Below, piece by piece: positions 55,491 through 64,000 of a DNA stretch of 64,000 bases (position 1 is the first letter of the stretch; the number at the start of each line of letters is the position of its first letter). The stretch covers positions 3,808,001-3,872,000 of the forward strand of contig OZ219926.1 in assembly GCA_964291405.2 (NCBI GenBank), written 5' to 3'. A model generated the notes under the pieces. It ran no database searches, was not told the DNA's origin, and worked only from the letters and a program-made list of their open reading frames with translations. This DNA is from Thermodesulfobacteriota bacterium (GTDB taxonomy: Bacteria > Desulfobacterota > Binatia > Bin18). A program made the translations under genes and the position numbers.

Positions 55491-55548
55491 ATAAGGGAAT
55501 CGCCGGTGCCGAGAGGAGTCACAGGGCTAATTCGAGGAGGAAGTTCGT

Positions 55549-56205
55549 ATGTCACTCAGTCAAAAATTACACGCCGCTACACCGACCTGGCACAAGACGC
55601 TCACGCACCCCTTTGTAGTGGGTCTTGGAAACGGCAGCCTGCCCTTGGAAAAATTCCAGTTTTATATGTGTCAGGACTATATATTCCTGATTGAGTACAG
55701 CCGCGTCCTGGCCCTGGCGACGGCAAAAGCTCCCGACCTGGACACCATGGGGCATTTTGCCCAGCTCCTTGATGCGACCCTCAATCAGGAGATGGCGCTC
55801 CACCGTGCGTTTGCCGCGGAGTGTGGCATCAGCGCGGAGACCCTGGCCGCAACCCAGGCCGCGCCAACCACGCAGGCATATACGAATCATTTAGTACGGG
55901 TGGCGGCGCTCGGAGACTTGGCCGCCATAGTCAGCGCGGTTCTACCCTGCCAGTGGGGTTATAGTGAAATCGGCCAGGCTTTGGCACGACAGGGCAAGCC
56001 GAGCGCTCCGGCCTTTTACGGCAAATGGATTGATATGTACGCCGACCCGGAGTTTGCCGCACTCTCGACCTGGCTCCGGGATGTGCTCGACCGCCTGGCA
56101 CCAACCGCGGACGAAAAACAGCTCGCCCAGATTTTTCAAACCAGCGCCCGCTACGAATATCTCTTCTGGGAAATGGCTTATCAAACGCAGGACTGGCCGG
56201 TATAA
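55549..56205 (+). CDS. tenA: Thiaminase II / aminopyrimidine aminohydrolase
   Basis: HPFV, YMCQDY, catalytic Cys in LPCQWGY, WIDMY, YEYLFWEMAY. Confidence 0.92.
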   Translation: MSLSQKLHAATPTWHKTLTHPFVVGLGNGSLPLEKFQFYMCQDYIFLIEYSRVLALATAKAPDLDTMGHFAQLLDATLNQEMALHRAFAAECGISAETLAATQAAPTTQAYTNHLVRVAALGDLAAIVSAVLPCQWGYSEIGQALARQGKPSAPAFYGKWIDMYADPEFAALSTWLRDVLDRLAPTADEKQLAQIFQTSARYEYLFWEMAYQTQDWPV

Positions 56206-56234
56206 GCGGAGAAACTGCCGGACGGGGTGATCCC

Positions 56235-56263
56235 TTGACAGTCAAGAGGAACAGGGGTACACA
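56235..56263 (+). promoter_or_regulatory. Putative sigma70 promoter of the pyr operon
   Basis: TTGACA-17 nt-TACACA immediately upstream of the PyrR leader. Confidence 0.55.
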
Positions 56264-56270
56264 AAAGACA

Positions 56271-56301
56271 CCTTTAATTTAGCCCCGAGAGGCTAGGAAG
56301 G
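56271..56301 (+). promoter_or_regulatory. PyrR-binding RNA element (anti-antiterminator)
   Basis: CCTTTAA-TTT-AGCCCCGAGAGGCT-AGGAAGG closely matches the PyrR binding-loop consensus CCUUUAA...ARUCCNGNGAGGYU. Confidence 0.85.
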
Positions 56302-56350
56302 GCGGCCATGAAAATTTTCATCTTCCTCACTGCATTGACGAAAGTAGAAT

Positions 56351-56384
56351 AAGCCTCCTTGGACTTCCAAGGGGGCTTTTTTTT
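56351..56384 (+). terminator. Attenuator terminator of the pyr leader
   Basis: AAGCCTCCTTGG-ACTT-CCAAGGGGGCTT followed by a T run just before pyrR. Confidence 0.88.
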
Positions 56385-56386
56385 GA

Positions 56387-56926
<540 letters not shown>

Positions 56927-56935
56927 GAGGTCGCC

Positions 56936-57967
56936 ATGACGTTCAGCCAGCGCCATTTCCTTGGTATCGAAGGCTTATCTCGGGACGAATTATTATTTGT
57001 GCTCAACACGGCCGAATCCTTTCGAGAGATTTCTGAGCGGGAAGTGAAAAAAGTCCCGACGCTACGGGGGAAAACCATTATCAACTTGTTCTACGAATCC
57101 AGTACCCGGACGCGCTCTTCCTTTGAGATTGCGGCCAAACGCCTGTCCGCCGATGCGATCAATATCTCCGCCTCCACGAGCAGCGTGAACAAAGGCGAAA
57201 CCCTGATGGATACGGCCCGCAACCTGTGCGCCATGCGTCCGGCGGCCCTGGTCCTGCGTCATCCAGCGTCCGGTGCGCCCCACCTGCTGGCCCGGTTGAA
57301 TCAATGTCCGGTGATCAACGCCGGTGACGGCACCCATGAGCACCCGACCCAGGCCCTCCTGGACGTCATGACCATTCGTGAACATCTCGGCGACGTTGAG
57401 GGGAAAACCATTGCCATTGTGGGCGACATTCTCCATAGCCGGGTGGCGCGGTCCAATATTCTGGCCCTGACAACCCTGGGTGCCCAGGTCCGGCTGATCG
57501 GCCCGCCGACCCTGCTGCCACCGGAATTCAGCCGTTGGGGTGTGGAACGGCATACGGATTTGCGGACCGGCCTGGCCGGTGTTGACGCGATTATGATGCT
57601 GCGCTTGCAGCGCGAGCGACAAACGCGGAATTTCTTTCCCAGCCTGGACGAATACGCCCGCCGTTTCTGCTTGACCGTCGACGCGCTCAGAGCAGCCAAG
57701 CCGAACGTGATTATTTTGCACCCCGGTCCGATGAACCGCGGTGTTGAGATTGACTCGCGGGTTGCAGACGGCCCGTACTCGGTGATTCTCGAACAAGTGA
57801 CAAACGGCGTTGCGGTTCGCATGGCCGTTCTCTACCTGCTCACGACGCAGGAGCGGTTGGCGACCCAGGATCAGGCTGCGACCAATGGGCAGGAGAGGAC
57901 CGACGTGCAGGCAGAACCCGGTGAGTGGGATGAGCACACTGTACCCAAACGGGCGGTAGGACAATAA
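56936..57967 (+). CDS. pyrB: Aspartate carbamoyltransferase catalytic subunit
   Basis: [35 protein letters not shown]. Confidence 0.96.
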   Translation: MTFSQRHFLGIEGLSRDELLFVLNTAESFREISEREVKKVPTLRGKTIINLFYESSTRTRSSFEIAAKRLSADAINISASTSSVNKGETLMDTARNLCAMRPAALVLRHPASGAPHLLARLNQCPVINAGDGTHEHPTQALLDVMTIREHLGDVEGKTIAIVGDILHSRVARSNILALTTLGAQVRLIGPPTLLPPEFSRWGVERHTDLRTGLAGVDAIMMLRLQRERQTRNFFPSLDEYARRFCLTVDALRAAKPNVIILHPGPMNRGVEIDSRVADGPYSVILEQVTNGVAVRMAVLYLLTTQERLATQDQAATNGQERTDVQAEPGEWDEHTVPKRAVGQ

Positions 57968-57970
57968 ACT

Positions 57971-59272
57971 ATGCGCATAGTCGTGCAGGACGGAACGGTC
58001 ATTGATCCGGCCAATGGGCTGGAGGCGAACCTCGATCTCCTCATCGAAGAGGGTGTGATTCGTGAGCTGGGCCAGCCCGGCGGCTTTGCCTCGGTCGAGG
58101 CGCAGCGTATTGACGCCTCCGGTTGCGTTGTCGCTCCCGGATTGATTGATATGCACGTGCATCTGCGCGAGCCGGGCTATGAGTACAAAGAGACGGTTCT
58201 GACCGGTACCCAGGCCGCGGTGGCTGGCGGATTCACCGCAGTGGCCTGTATGGCTAATACCAATCCGGTCAATGATAATGGGGCGGTCACGCGCTTTATT
58301 GCGGAGCAGGCGCGCAGTGCCGGGCTGGCTCGGGTGTTCCCGATTGGGGCGCTTTCAAAGGGCCTCAACGGAGAAGAGTTGGCCGAAATCGGAGAGATGG
58401 TTGAGGCCGGTGCTGTCGCCATATCAGATGACGGCCGCCCGGTTATGGACGCCAACCTGATGCGCCGCGCGCTGGAATACTGCTCGATGTTTGACGTGCC
58501 GATCAGTGTGCATGAAGAAGACCTATGCCTCTCGTCCGGGGGCAGTATGAATGAGGGGCCGACCTCGGTGCGCCTGGGTATTCGCGGCGTCCCGAGTGTC
58601 GCCGAAGATGTCATGGTCGCCCGTGATATTGCCCTGGCGCGCCTCACCCGCGGGCGGGTACATATCGCTCATATCAGTACCCGCCGATCGGTGGACTTGG
58701 TCCGCCAGGCAAAGGCCGAAGGTTTGGCGGTCACGGCCGAGGTCGCCCCGCACCATTTTACGCTCACCGAAGAGGCGGTTGAGGGGTATAATACCAACGC
58801 GAAAATGAGCCCGCCGCTCCGACTGGCCGACGATGTGGCGGCCATGAAGGAAGGCTTGCGAGACGGGACCATTGACGCCATTGCGACCGACCATGCCCCC
58901 CACCACCGAGACGAGAAAGAGGTCGAATTCGACCAGGCCGCTCACGGCGTGACCGGCTTGGAGACGGCCCTGCCGTTGACGCTGCACTTAGTTCAAGACG
59001 AGGTGTTGTCCCTCTCCGAGGCAGTGCAGAAACTGACGGTGAACCCGGCTCGTATTCTGGGGCTTCCCTATGGCACGCTTTCGGTGGGCAGATCGGCGGA
59101 CCTGATGATCTTTGACGTGCAAGCGAGCTGGCGGCTGGACCCGCTCGCCTCTCGGTCGCGCAGTCAGAACACGCCTTTTGCCGGTTGGGAGCTGACCGGT
59201 AAGGTGCGGCTGACCGTGGTCGATGGTCGGATCGTGTACGGTGGCCGTGAACAGGAGGGCCAGCCGACGTGA
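57971..59272 (+). CDS. pyrC: Dihydroorotase (type I)
   Basis: [28 protein letters not shown] all intact. Confidence 0.95.
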   Translation: MRIVVQDGTVIDPANGLEANLDLLIEEGVIRELGQPGGFASVEAQRIDASGCVVAPGLIDMHVHLREPGYEYKETVLTGTQAAVAGGFTAVACMANTNPVNDNGAVTRFIAEQARSAGLARVFPIGALSKGLNGEELAEIGEMVEAGAVAISDDGRPVMDANLMRRALEYCSMFDVPISVHEEDLCLSSGGSMNEGPTSVRLGIRGVPSVAEDVMVARDIALARLTRGRVHIAHISTRRSVDLVRQAKAEGLAVTAEVAPHHFTLTEEAVEGYNTNAKMSPPLRLADDVAAMKEGLRDGTIDAIATDHAPHHRDEKEVEFDQAAHGVTGLETALPLTLHLVQDEVLSLSEAVQKLTVNPARILGLPYGTLSVGRSADLMIFDVQASWRLDPLASRSRSQNTPFAGWELTGKVRLTVVDGRIVYGGREQEGQPT

Positions 59273-60408
59273 GGAACACAGCGCTCTTAGCCCTCGCCGA
59301 TGGGACGGTTTTTGAGGGAAGCACTTTTGGCGCTCAGGGAGAAGCGGTCGGCGAGATCGTCTTCAACACCTCGCTGACCGGCTATCAGGAGATTCTTACC
59401 GATCCCTCCTATAAGGGCCAGATCGTCACCATGACCTATCCCGAGATCGGTAATGTCGGGGTCAATGCCGAAGATGTCGAATCCCGCCAACCCTTTGTTG
59501 AAGGCTTTGTGGTCAAGGAATACTGGGAGCGGCCCAGTAACTGGCGGGCGCAGAAGAGCCTGGCTGCCTATATGCGCGAGCATGACATCGTGGGTATTCA
59601 GGGCATTGATACCAGGGCGCTCGTCCGTCACATTCGTGATGGCGGTGCCCAACAGGGCGTGATCTCGACCCGTGACCTTGATGCCAAGCGTTTGGTGGAA
59701 AAAGCGCAGGCCGCTCCAAGCTTGGTCGGACGTGATCTGGTCAAAGAGGTTACCTGTCGCGAGGCGTATGACTGGTCCCAGGGCTACTGGGAGTTGGAGA
59801 GCGGTTATCGCCAGCAGGGGGCAGGCCGTGCGCCCGAGCCGCGCTTCTCTGTGGTCGCCTACGATTTTGGCGTAAAGTTCAATATCCTGCGCCACCTGGT
59901 TGAGGCGGGCTGTCGGGTGCAGGTTGTGCCGGCCCACACGCCTGCGGCAGAAGTCCTGCACCTCAAGCCGGATGGCGTTTTTTTGTCGAACGGTCCGGGC
60001 GACCCGGATGCGGTGCCCTACGCCAAGGACAATATCTCCGCCCTGGTGGGAAAAGTCCCCTTGTTTGGCATCTGTCTGGGACACCAGATTCTGGGTCTGG
60101 CACTGGGTGGACAGACCTATAAGCTTAAATTCGGCCATCACGGAGGCAACCAACCGGTGATGGACCTCGCAACCCGGAAGGTTGAAATTACGGCGCAGAA
60201 TCATGGTTTCTGTGTCGATGTCGATTCGTTGCAAGAGCGGGCGGAAGTCACCCATCTCAACCTGAACGACCGGACGGTAGAGGGCTTGCGACATACGCAG
60301 GAGCCGCTCTTTTCCGTGCAATACCATCCCGAGTCCTCTCCGGGGCCCCATGATGCAGACTATTTGTTCCGGCGCTTCACTGCGCTGATGGAGCAGTTTC
60401 GAGGTTGA
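59269..60408 (+). CDS. carA: Carbamoyl-phosphate synthase small subunit
   Basis: [36 protein letters not shown]. Confidence 0.96.
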   Translation: MRNTALLALADGTVFEGSTFGAQGEAVGEIVFNTSLTGYQEILTDPSYKGQIVTMTYPEIGNVGVNAEDVESRQPFVEGFVVKEYWERPSNWRAQKSLAAYMREHDIVGIQGIDTRALVRHIRDGGAQQGVISTRDLDAKRLVEKAQAAPSLVGRDLVKEVTCREAYDWSQGYWELESGYRQQGAGRAPEPRFSVVAYDFGVKFNILRHLVEAGCRVQVVPAHTPAAEVLHLKPDGVFLSNGPGDPDAVPYAKDNISALVGKVPLFGICLGHQILGLALGGQTYKLKFGHHGGNQPVMDLATRKVEITAQNHGFCVDVDSLQERAEVTHLNLNDRTVEGLRHTQEPLFSVQYHPESSPGPHDADYLFRRFTALMEQFRG

Positions 60409-60431
60409 TTCCTGAGCAGCAGAGACAAGCC

Positions 60432-63400
60432 ATGCCCAAGCGTACAGACCTCCATTCCATTTTGCTGATCGGCTCCGGCCCCATTGTGATCGGCCAGGCG
60501 TGTGAATTTGATTACTCGGGCACCCAAGCCTGCAAGGCGCTCAAAGAGGAGGGTTACCGCGTCATACTGGTCAACTCGAATCCGGCCACGATTATGACCG
60601 ACCCTGATTTTGCGGACCGGACCTATATTGAGCCGCTGACCCGACCCGTCCTTGAGAAAATTATCGAACGGGAACGCCCGGACGCCCTGCTGCCGACCAT
60701 TGGCGGTCAGACCGGTTTGAATCTGGCTATTGACCTGGCCGAAGGGGGCATCCTCGACCGCTACGGAGTGGAACTCATCGGAGCCAAGCTGCCGGCCATC
60801 AAGAAAGCCGAGGATCGTGATCTGTTCAAGGCGGCCATGGAGCGCATCGGCCTGGACCTGCCCCGGAGCGGCTATATCCACTCTCTTGAGGAAGCCTATG
60901 CCTTACGCGAGACCCTGGGCCTGCCGTTGATCATCCGACCGTCCCGCACCCTTGGGGGGGCCGGAGGCGGGATCGTCCAAACCCCGCAGGAATTTCAGGC
61001 TATTGTCGAGTGGGGCTTGCAGGCCTCTCCTACACATGAAGTCCTGGTTGAAGAGTCGATCGCCGGCTGGAAAGAGTTTGAATTGGAAGTGATGCGTGAC
61101 ACCCAGGACAATGTGGTCATCATCTGCTCCATCGAAAATTTCGATCCGCTCGGTGTTCATACCGGTGATTCCATTACGGTCGCGCCCGCCCAGACCCTGA
61201 CCGACAAAGAATACCAACTCATGCGGGACGCGGCGCTGCGTATCATCCGCGAAATCGGGGTGGACACGGGCGGGTCCAATATCCAGTTCGCCGTCCATCC
61301 GGAGACCGGCCGGCTGGTCGTGATTGAAATGAACCCGCGGGTGTCCCGCTCGTCTGCTCTGGCGAGTAAAGCTACCGGGTTTCCGATTGCCAAAATTGCC
61401 GCCAAGCTGGCCGTAGGCTACACCCTGGACGAAATTCCGAACGATATTACGCGCGAAACACCGGCCTCTTTTGAACCCACGATCGACTATGTGGTGGTCA
61501 AGATGCCGCGTTTCACCTTTGATAAATTCCCCCAAACCCGGGATTTGCTTGGGCCACAGATGAAATCGGTCGGCGAGGCCATGTCCATAGGTCGGACGTT
61601 CAAGGAGGCGCTTCAGAAAGCCCTGCGTTCGCTCGAAATCGATAGCTACGGGTTTGAATCGACAAACGGAAGCGTGGAGACTCCGCTGGATGCCATTCGC
61701 GTGTCCCTGCAAACCCCGAACGCCCAGCGGCTGTGGTATGTGGCGGAAGCGCTCCGCCTGGGCGTGGGTGTGGATGAGCTCTATCGGCTTTCAAAAATCG
61801 ACCCGTGGTTTCTGGATAATATCGTGCAGATCGTAGAGTGCGAAAAGGAAATCCAGCAGGCGAGAGGGTCAGGGGAGGCCACCGGGTCGGCTGCCCAACC
61901 GGCCGAGGTCGTAGCGGCATTACCGCCCGGCCTGTTACGTCGGGCGAAACAGATGGGCTTTTCTGACGTTCATCTCGGCCGTCTGCTCGGCGTCAGCGAG
62001 GGTGATGTCCGGGCTGAACGCGAACGCCTGGATGTGATTCCGGTCTATAAAACAGTGGACACCTGCGCGGCTGAATTTGTGGCCCATACGCCCTATTTAT
62101 ACTCCACCTACGAAGGGGAAGACGAATCTCAGCCGACTGATCGCAAAAAGGTGATCATTCTGGGTGGTGGGCCGAATCGGATCGGCCAGGGCATTGAGTT
62201 CGACTATTGCTGCGTACACGCGGCCTTTGCGCTCAAAGAAGACGGCTTTGAAGCCATTATGGTGAACTGCAACCCCGAGACCGTCAGCACGGATTATGAC
62301 ACGTCTGACAAGCTGTATTTTGAGCCGCTGACGCTGGAAGATGTGCTGAGTATCGTGCGGTGTGAACAGCCGTATGGCGTCATTGTCCAGTTCGGCGGGC
62401 AGACGCCACTCAAGCTGGCCGTGCCGCTCGAACAGGCCGGGGTGCCGATTCTGGGCACGCCGCCGGATGCTATTGACCGGGCCGAGGACCGCGAACGGTT
62501 CAAGCTGCTGCTCGAACAACTCGGCCTGTGTCAGCCGGCCAACGGCACAGCCCGGTCGGTTGAGGAAGCCGTGGCCATTGCCCAGGACATTGCCTATCCG
62601 GTGCTGGTCCGTCCCTCCTATGTCCTGGGCGGGCGGGCCATGGAACTGGTGTATGACGAGGCGAGCCTGCGACGCTACATGCGTGAGGCCGTGTCCGTGT
62701 CCGCGGAGCGCCCGGTCCTGATCGATAAATTCCTGGACGACGCCACCGAGGTTGATGTGGACGCCCTGAGCGACGGCCAGCAGGTCGTGGTCGGGGGCAT
62801 TATGGAACATATCGAGCTTGCCGGTGTCCATTCCGGTGACAGCGCGTGTTCCCTCCCGCCGCGCACCCTGTCTGCGGCTGTTCAGGCCGAGATTCGGCGG
62901 CAAACCACCCTGCTGGCCCAAGAGCTAGGTGTGGTTGGCCTGATGAATATCCAGTTCGCCGTTAAGGATCAGCAGGTTTTTCTGATTGAGGTGAACCCGC
63001 GCGCCTCACGGACCGTGCCGTTTGTGAGCAAGTCCATCGGTATTCCCCTGGCAAAAATAGCCGCGCGCGTCATGGCGGGAAAAACATTGGACGAGCTGGG
63101 TTTTACCCAGGAAGTCATTCCCGATCACGTCAATGTCAAAGAAGCGGTGTTTCCGTTTATTAAATTCCCCGGTGTGGACACCATCCTCGGACCGGAGATG
63201 AAGTCAACCGGCGAGGTTATGGGGGTGGACCAGTCTTTTGCCATGGCGTTTGCCAAAGCGCAGTTTGCCGCGGGGAATATCTTGCCGGAAACGGGCAAGG
63301 CATTTTTAAGCGTACGTGACCGCGATAAGCCCGCTCTCCTGCCCATTGCCAGGCAGTTGGTAGAGAATGACTTCTCTCTAGTGGCAACGCGCGGCACCTG

Positions 63401-63698
63401 TGCATTTCTCCAGCAGCACGAACTGCCGGTTGAGATGGTGAATAAAGTCCTGGAAGGCTCCCCGCATATTGTCGATGCCCTCCAGGCAGGCTCGATTGAT
63501 CTGGTCATTAATACGACTGAGGGGGCACAGTCTATCCAGGACTCCTTTTCAATTCGGCGGAGTGCCCTGGAGTGCCAGGTGCCGTATTTTACAACGGTGG
63601 CCGGAGCGGGAGCCGCGGTCGAAGGCATTGCCCGCCTCAAGCAGGGCCTGCTCGGCGTGTGTCCGCTCCAGGCCTATCACGGTGAAGAGCACGGGTAA
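60432..63698 (+). CDS. carB: Carbamoyl-phosphate synthase large subunit
   Basis: MPKRTD...[54 protein letters not shown] domain. Confidence 0.97.
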   Translation: MPKRTDLHSILLIGSGPIVIGQACEFDYSGTQACKALKEEGYRVILVNSNPATIMTDPDFADRTYIEPLTRPVLEKIIERERPDALLPTIGGQTGLNLAIDLAEGGILDRYGVELIGAKLPAIKKAEDRDLFKAAMERIGLDLPRSGYIHSLEEAYALRETLGLPLIIRPSRTLGGAGGGIVQTPQEFQAIVEWGLQASPTHEVLVEESIAGWKEFELEVMRDTQDNVVIICSIENFDPLGVHTGDSITVAPAQTLTDKEYQLMRDAALRIIREIGVDTGGSNIQFAVHPETGRLVVIEMNPRVSRSSALASKATGFPIAKIAAKLAVGYTLDEIPNDITRETPASFEPTIDYVVVKMPRFTFDKFPQTRDLLGPQMKSVGEAMSIGRTFKEALQKALRSLEIDSYGFESTNGSVETPLDAIRVSLQTPNAQRLWYVAEALRLGVGVDELYRLSKIDPWFLDNIVQIVECEKEIQQARGSGEATGSAAQPAEVVAALPPGLLRRAKQMGFSDVHLGRLLGVSEGDVRAERERLDVIPVYKTVDTCAAEFVAHTPYLYSTYEGEDESQPTDRKKVIILGGGPNRIGQGIEFDYCCVHAAFALKEDGFEAIMVNCNPETVSTDYDTSDKLYFEPLTLEDVLSIVRCEQPYGVIVQFGGQTPLKLAVPLEQAGVPILGTPPDAIDRAEDRERFKLLLEQLGLCQPANGTARSVEEAVAIAQDIAYPVLVRPSYVLGGRAMELVYDEASLRRYMREAVSVSAERPVLIDKFLDDATEVDVDALSDGQQVVVGGIMEHIELAGVHSGDSACSLPPRTLSAAVQAEIRRQTTLLAQELGVVGLMNIQFAVKDQQVFLIEVNPRASRTVPFVSKSIGIPLAKIAARVMAGKTLDELGFTQEVIPDHVNVKEAVFPFIKFPGVDTILGPEMKSTGEVMGVDQSFAMAFAKAQFAAGNILPETGKAFLSVRDRDKPALLPIARQLVENDFSLVATRGTCAFLQQHELPVEMVNKVLEGSPHIVDALQAGSIDLVINTTEGAQSIQDSFSIRRSALECQVPYFTTVAGAGAAVEGIARLKQGLLGVCPLQAYHGEEHG

Positions 63699-63705
63699 GA
63701 GGGGT

Positions 63706-64000
63706 ATGGTGGTCGGAAAGTCGAAAGGTGGAGGGGCGAAAAGTCGAAAGGTGGATGAAACTCCCCGTCTCTTTGACCGGGCATCCTCCCCACCCCCTCT
63801 TATCAAGGAGGGAGAACCGGCGCGTTCTTTCCGACCGCGCCAGCCGCCGCTCAAAAATTCGGTGCAGTACGTCAAGGGCGTGGGGCCGCGGCGGGCCGCA
63901 CAGTTGGCGCGGTTAGGCATAGAGACGGTCGAAGATCTGCTCTACCACATTCCCTTCCGCTATCAGGATCGGCGCGAAATCAAGAAAATTTGTCATCTTC
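63706..64000 (+). CDS. recG: ATP-dependent DNA helicase RecG, 5' fragment running off the window
   Basis: Frame not in the ORF track reads ...VQYVKGVGPRRAAQLARLGIETVEDLLYHIPFRYQDRR, typical of the RecG N-terminus. Start uncertain (ATG 63706, GTG 63751 or GTG 63862). Confidence 0.8.
   Translation, partial: MVVGKSKGGGAKSRKVDETPRLFDRASSPPPLIKEGEPARSFRPRQPPLKNSVQYVKGVGPRRAAQLARLGIETVEDLLYHIPFRYQDRREIKKICHL

Noticed and set aside
55400-55548. Possible TPP riboswitch upstream of tenA (GGGGTGCC...GGC)
   Set aside because: Lacks the CTGAGA and CCTGA..C core motifs; explained by a REPIN-like inverted repeat.
57971-59272. Inactive PyrC' scaffold next to pyrB
   Set aside because: Metal-binding HxH, His and Asp motifs are intact, consistent with an active dihydroorotase.

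Overview
A GC-rich bacterial window with two parts. About 1-47 kb is accessory and catabolic. It starts with stacked MITE-like elements, then a ~2,220-aa secreted S8/S53-like protease/adhesin. Next is a divergent cluster: acetylene-hydratase-like molybdoenzyme, NTF2/SnoaL proteins, a hydrolase and an LLM on one side; MMSDH, GGT and a LarA-like gene on the other. Further on are a duplicated amidohydrolase/D-aminoacylase module, a secreted SGNH hydrolase, a TonB receptor with very acidic loops behind a NarL-type two-component system, a Tat-signal LLM oxidoreductase, sppA and assorted enzymes. About 47-64 kb is housekeeping: trmL, dtd, lgt, ctpA, xseAB-ispA-tlyA, tenA, a PyrR-attenuated pyrR-pyrB-pyrC-carA-carB operon and a partial recG. 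The most notable signal is a ~135-aa Cys-containing domain that I cannot assign to a named family. It occurs as a tandem pair at the C-terminus of the giant protease and at the N-terminus of the SGNH hydrolase, suggesting a portable surface-display or targeting module. No rRNA, tRNA, CRISPR array or transposase gene was seen. The gene content suggests a Deltaproteobacteria-like (Binatota/Tectomicrobia-type) organism, possibly host-associated; this is inference only. All family calls come from motifs read by eye, with no database search.
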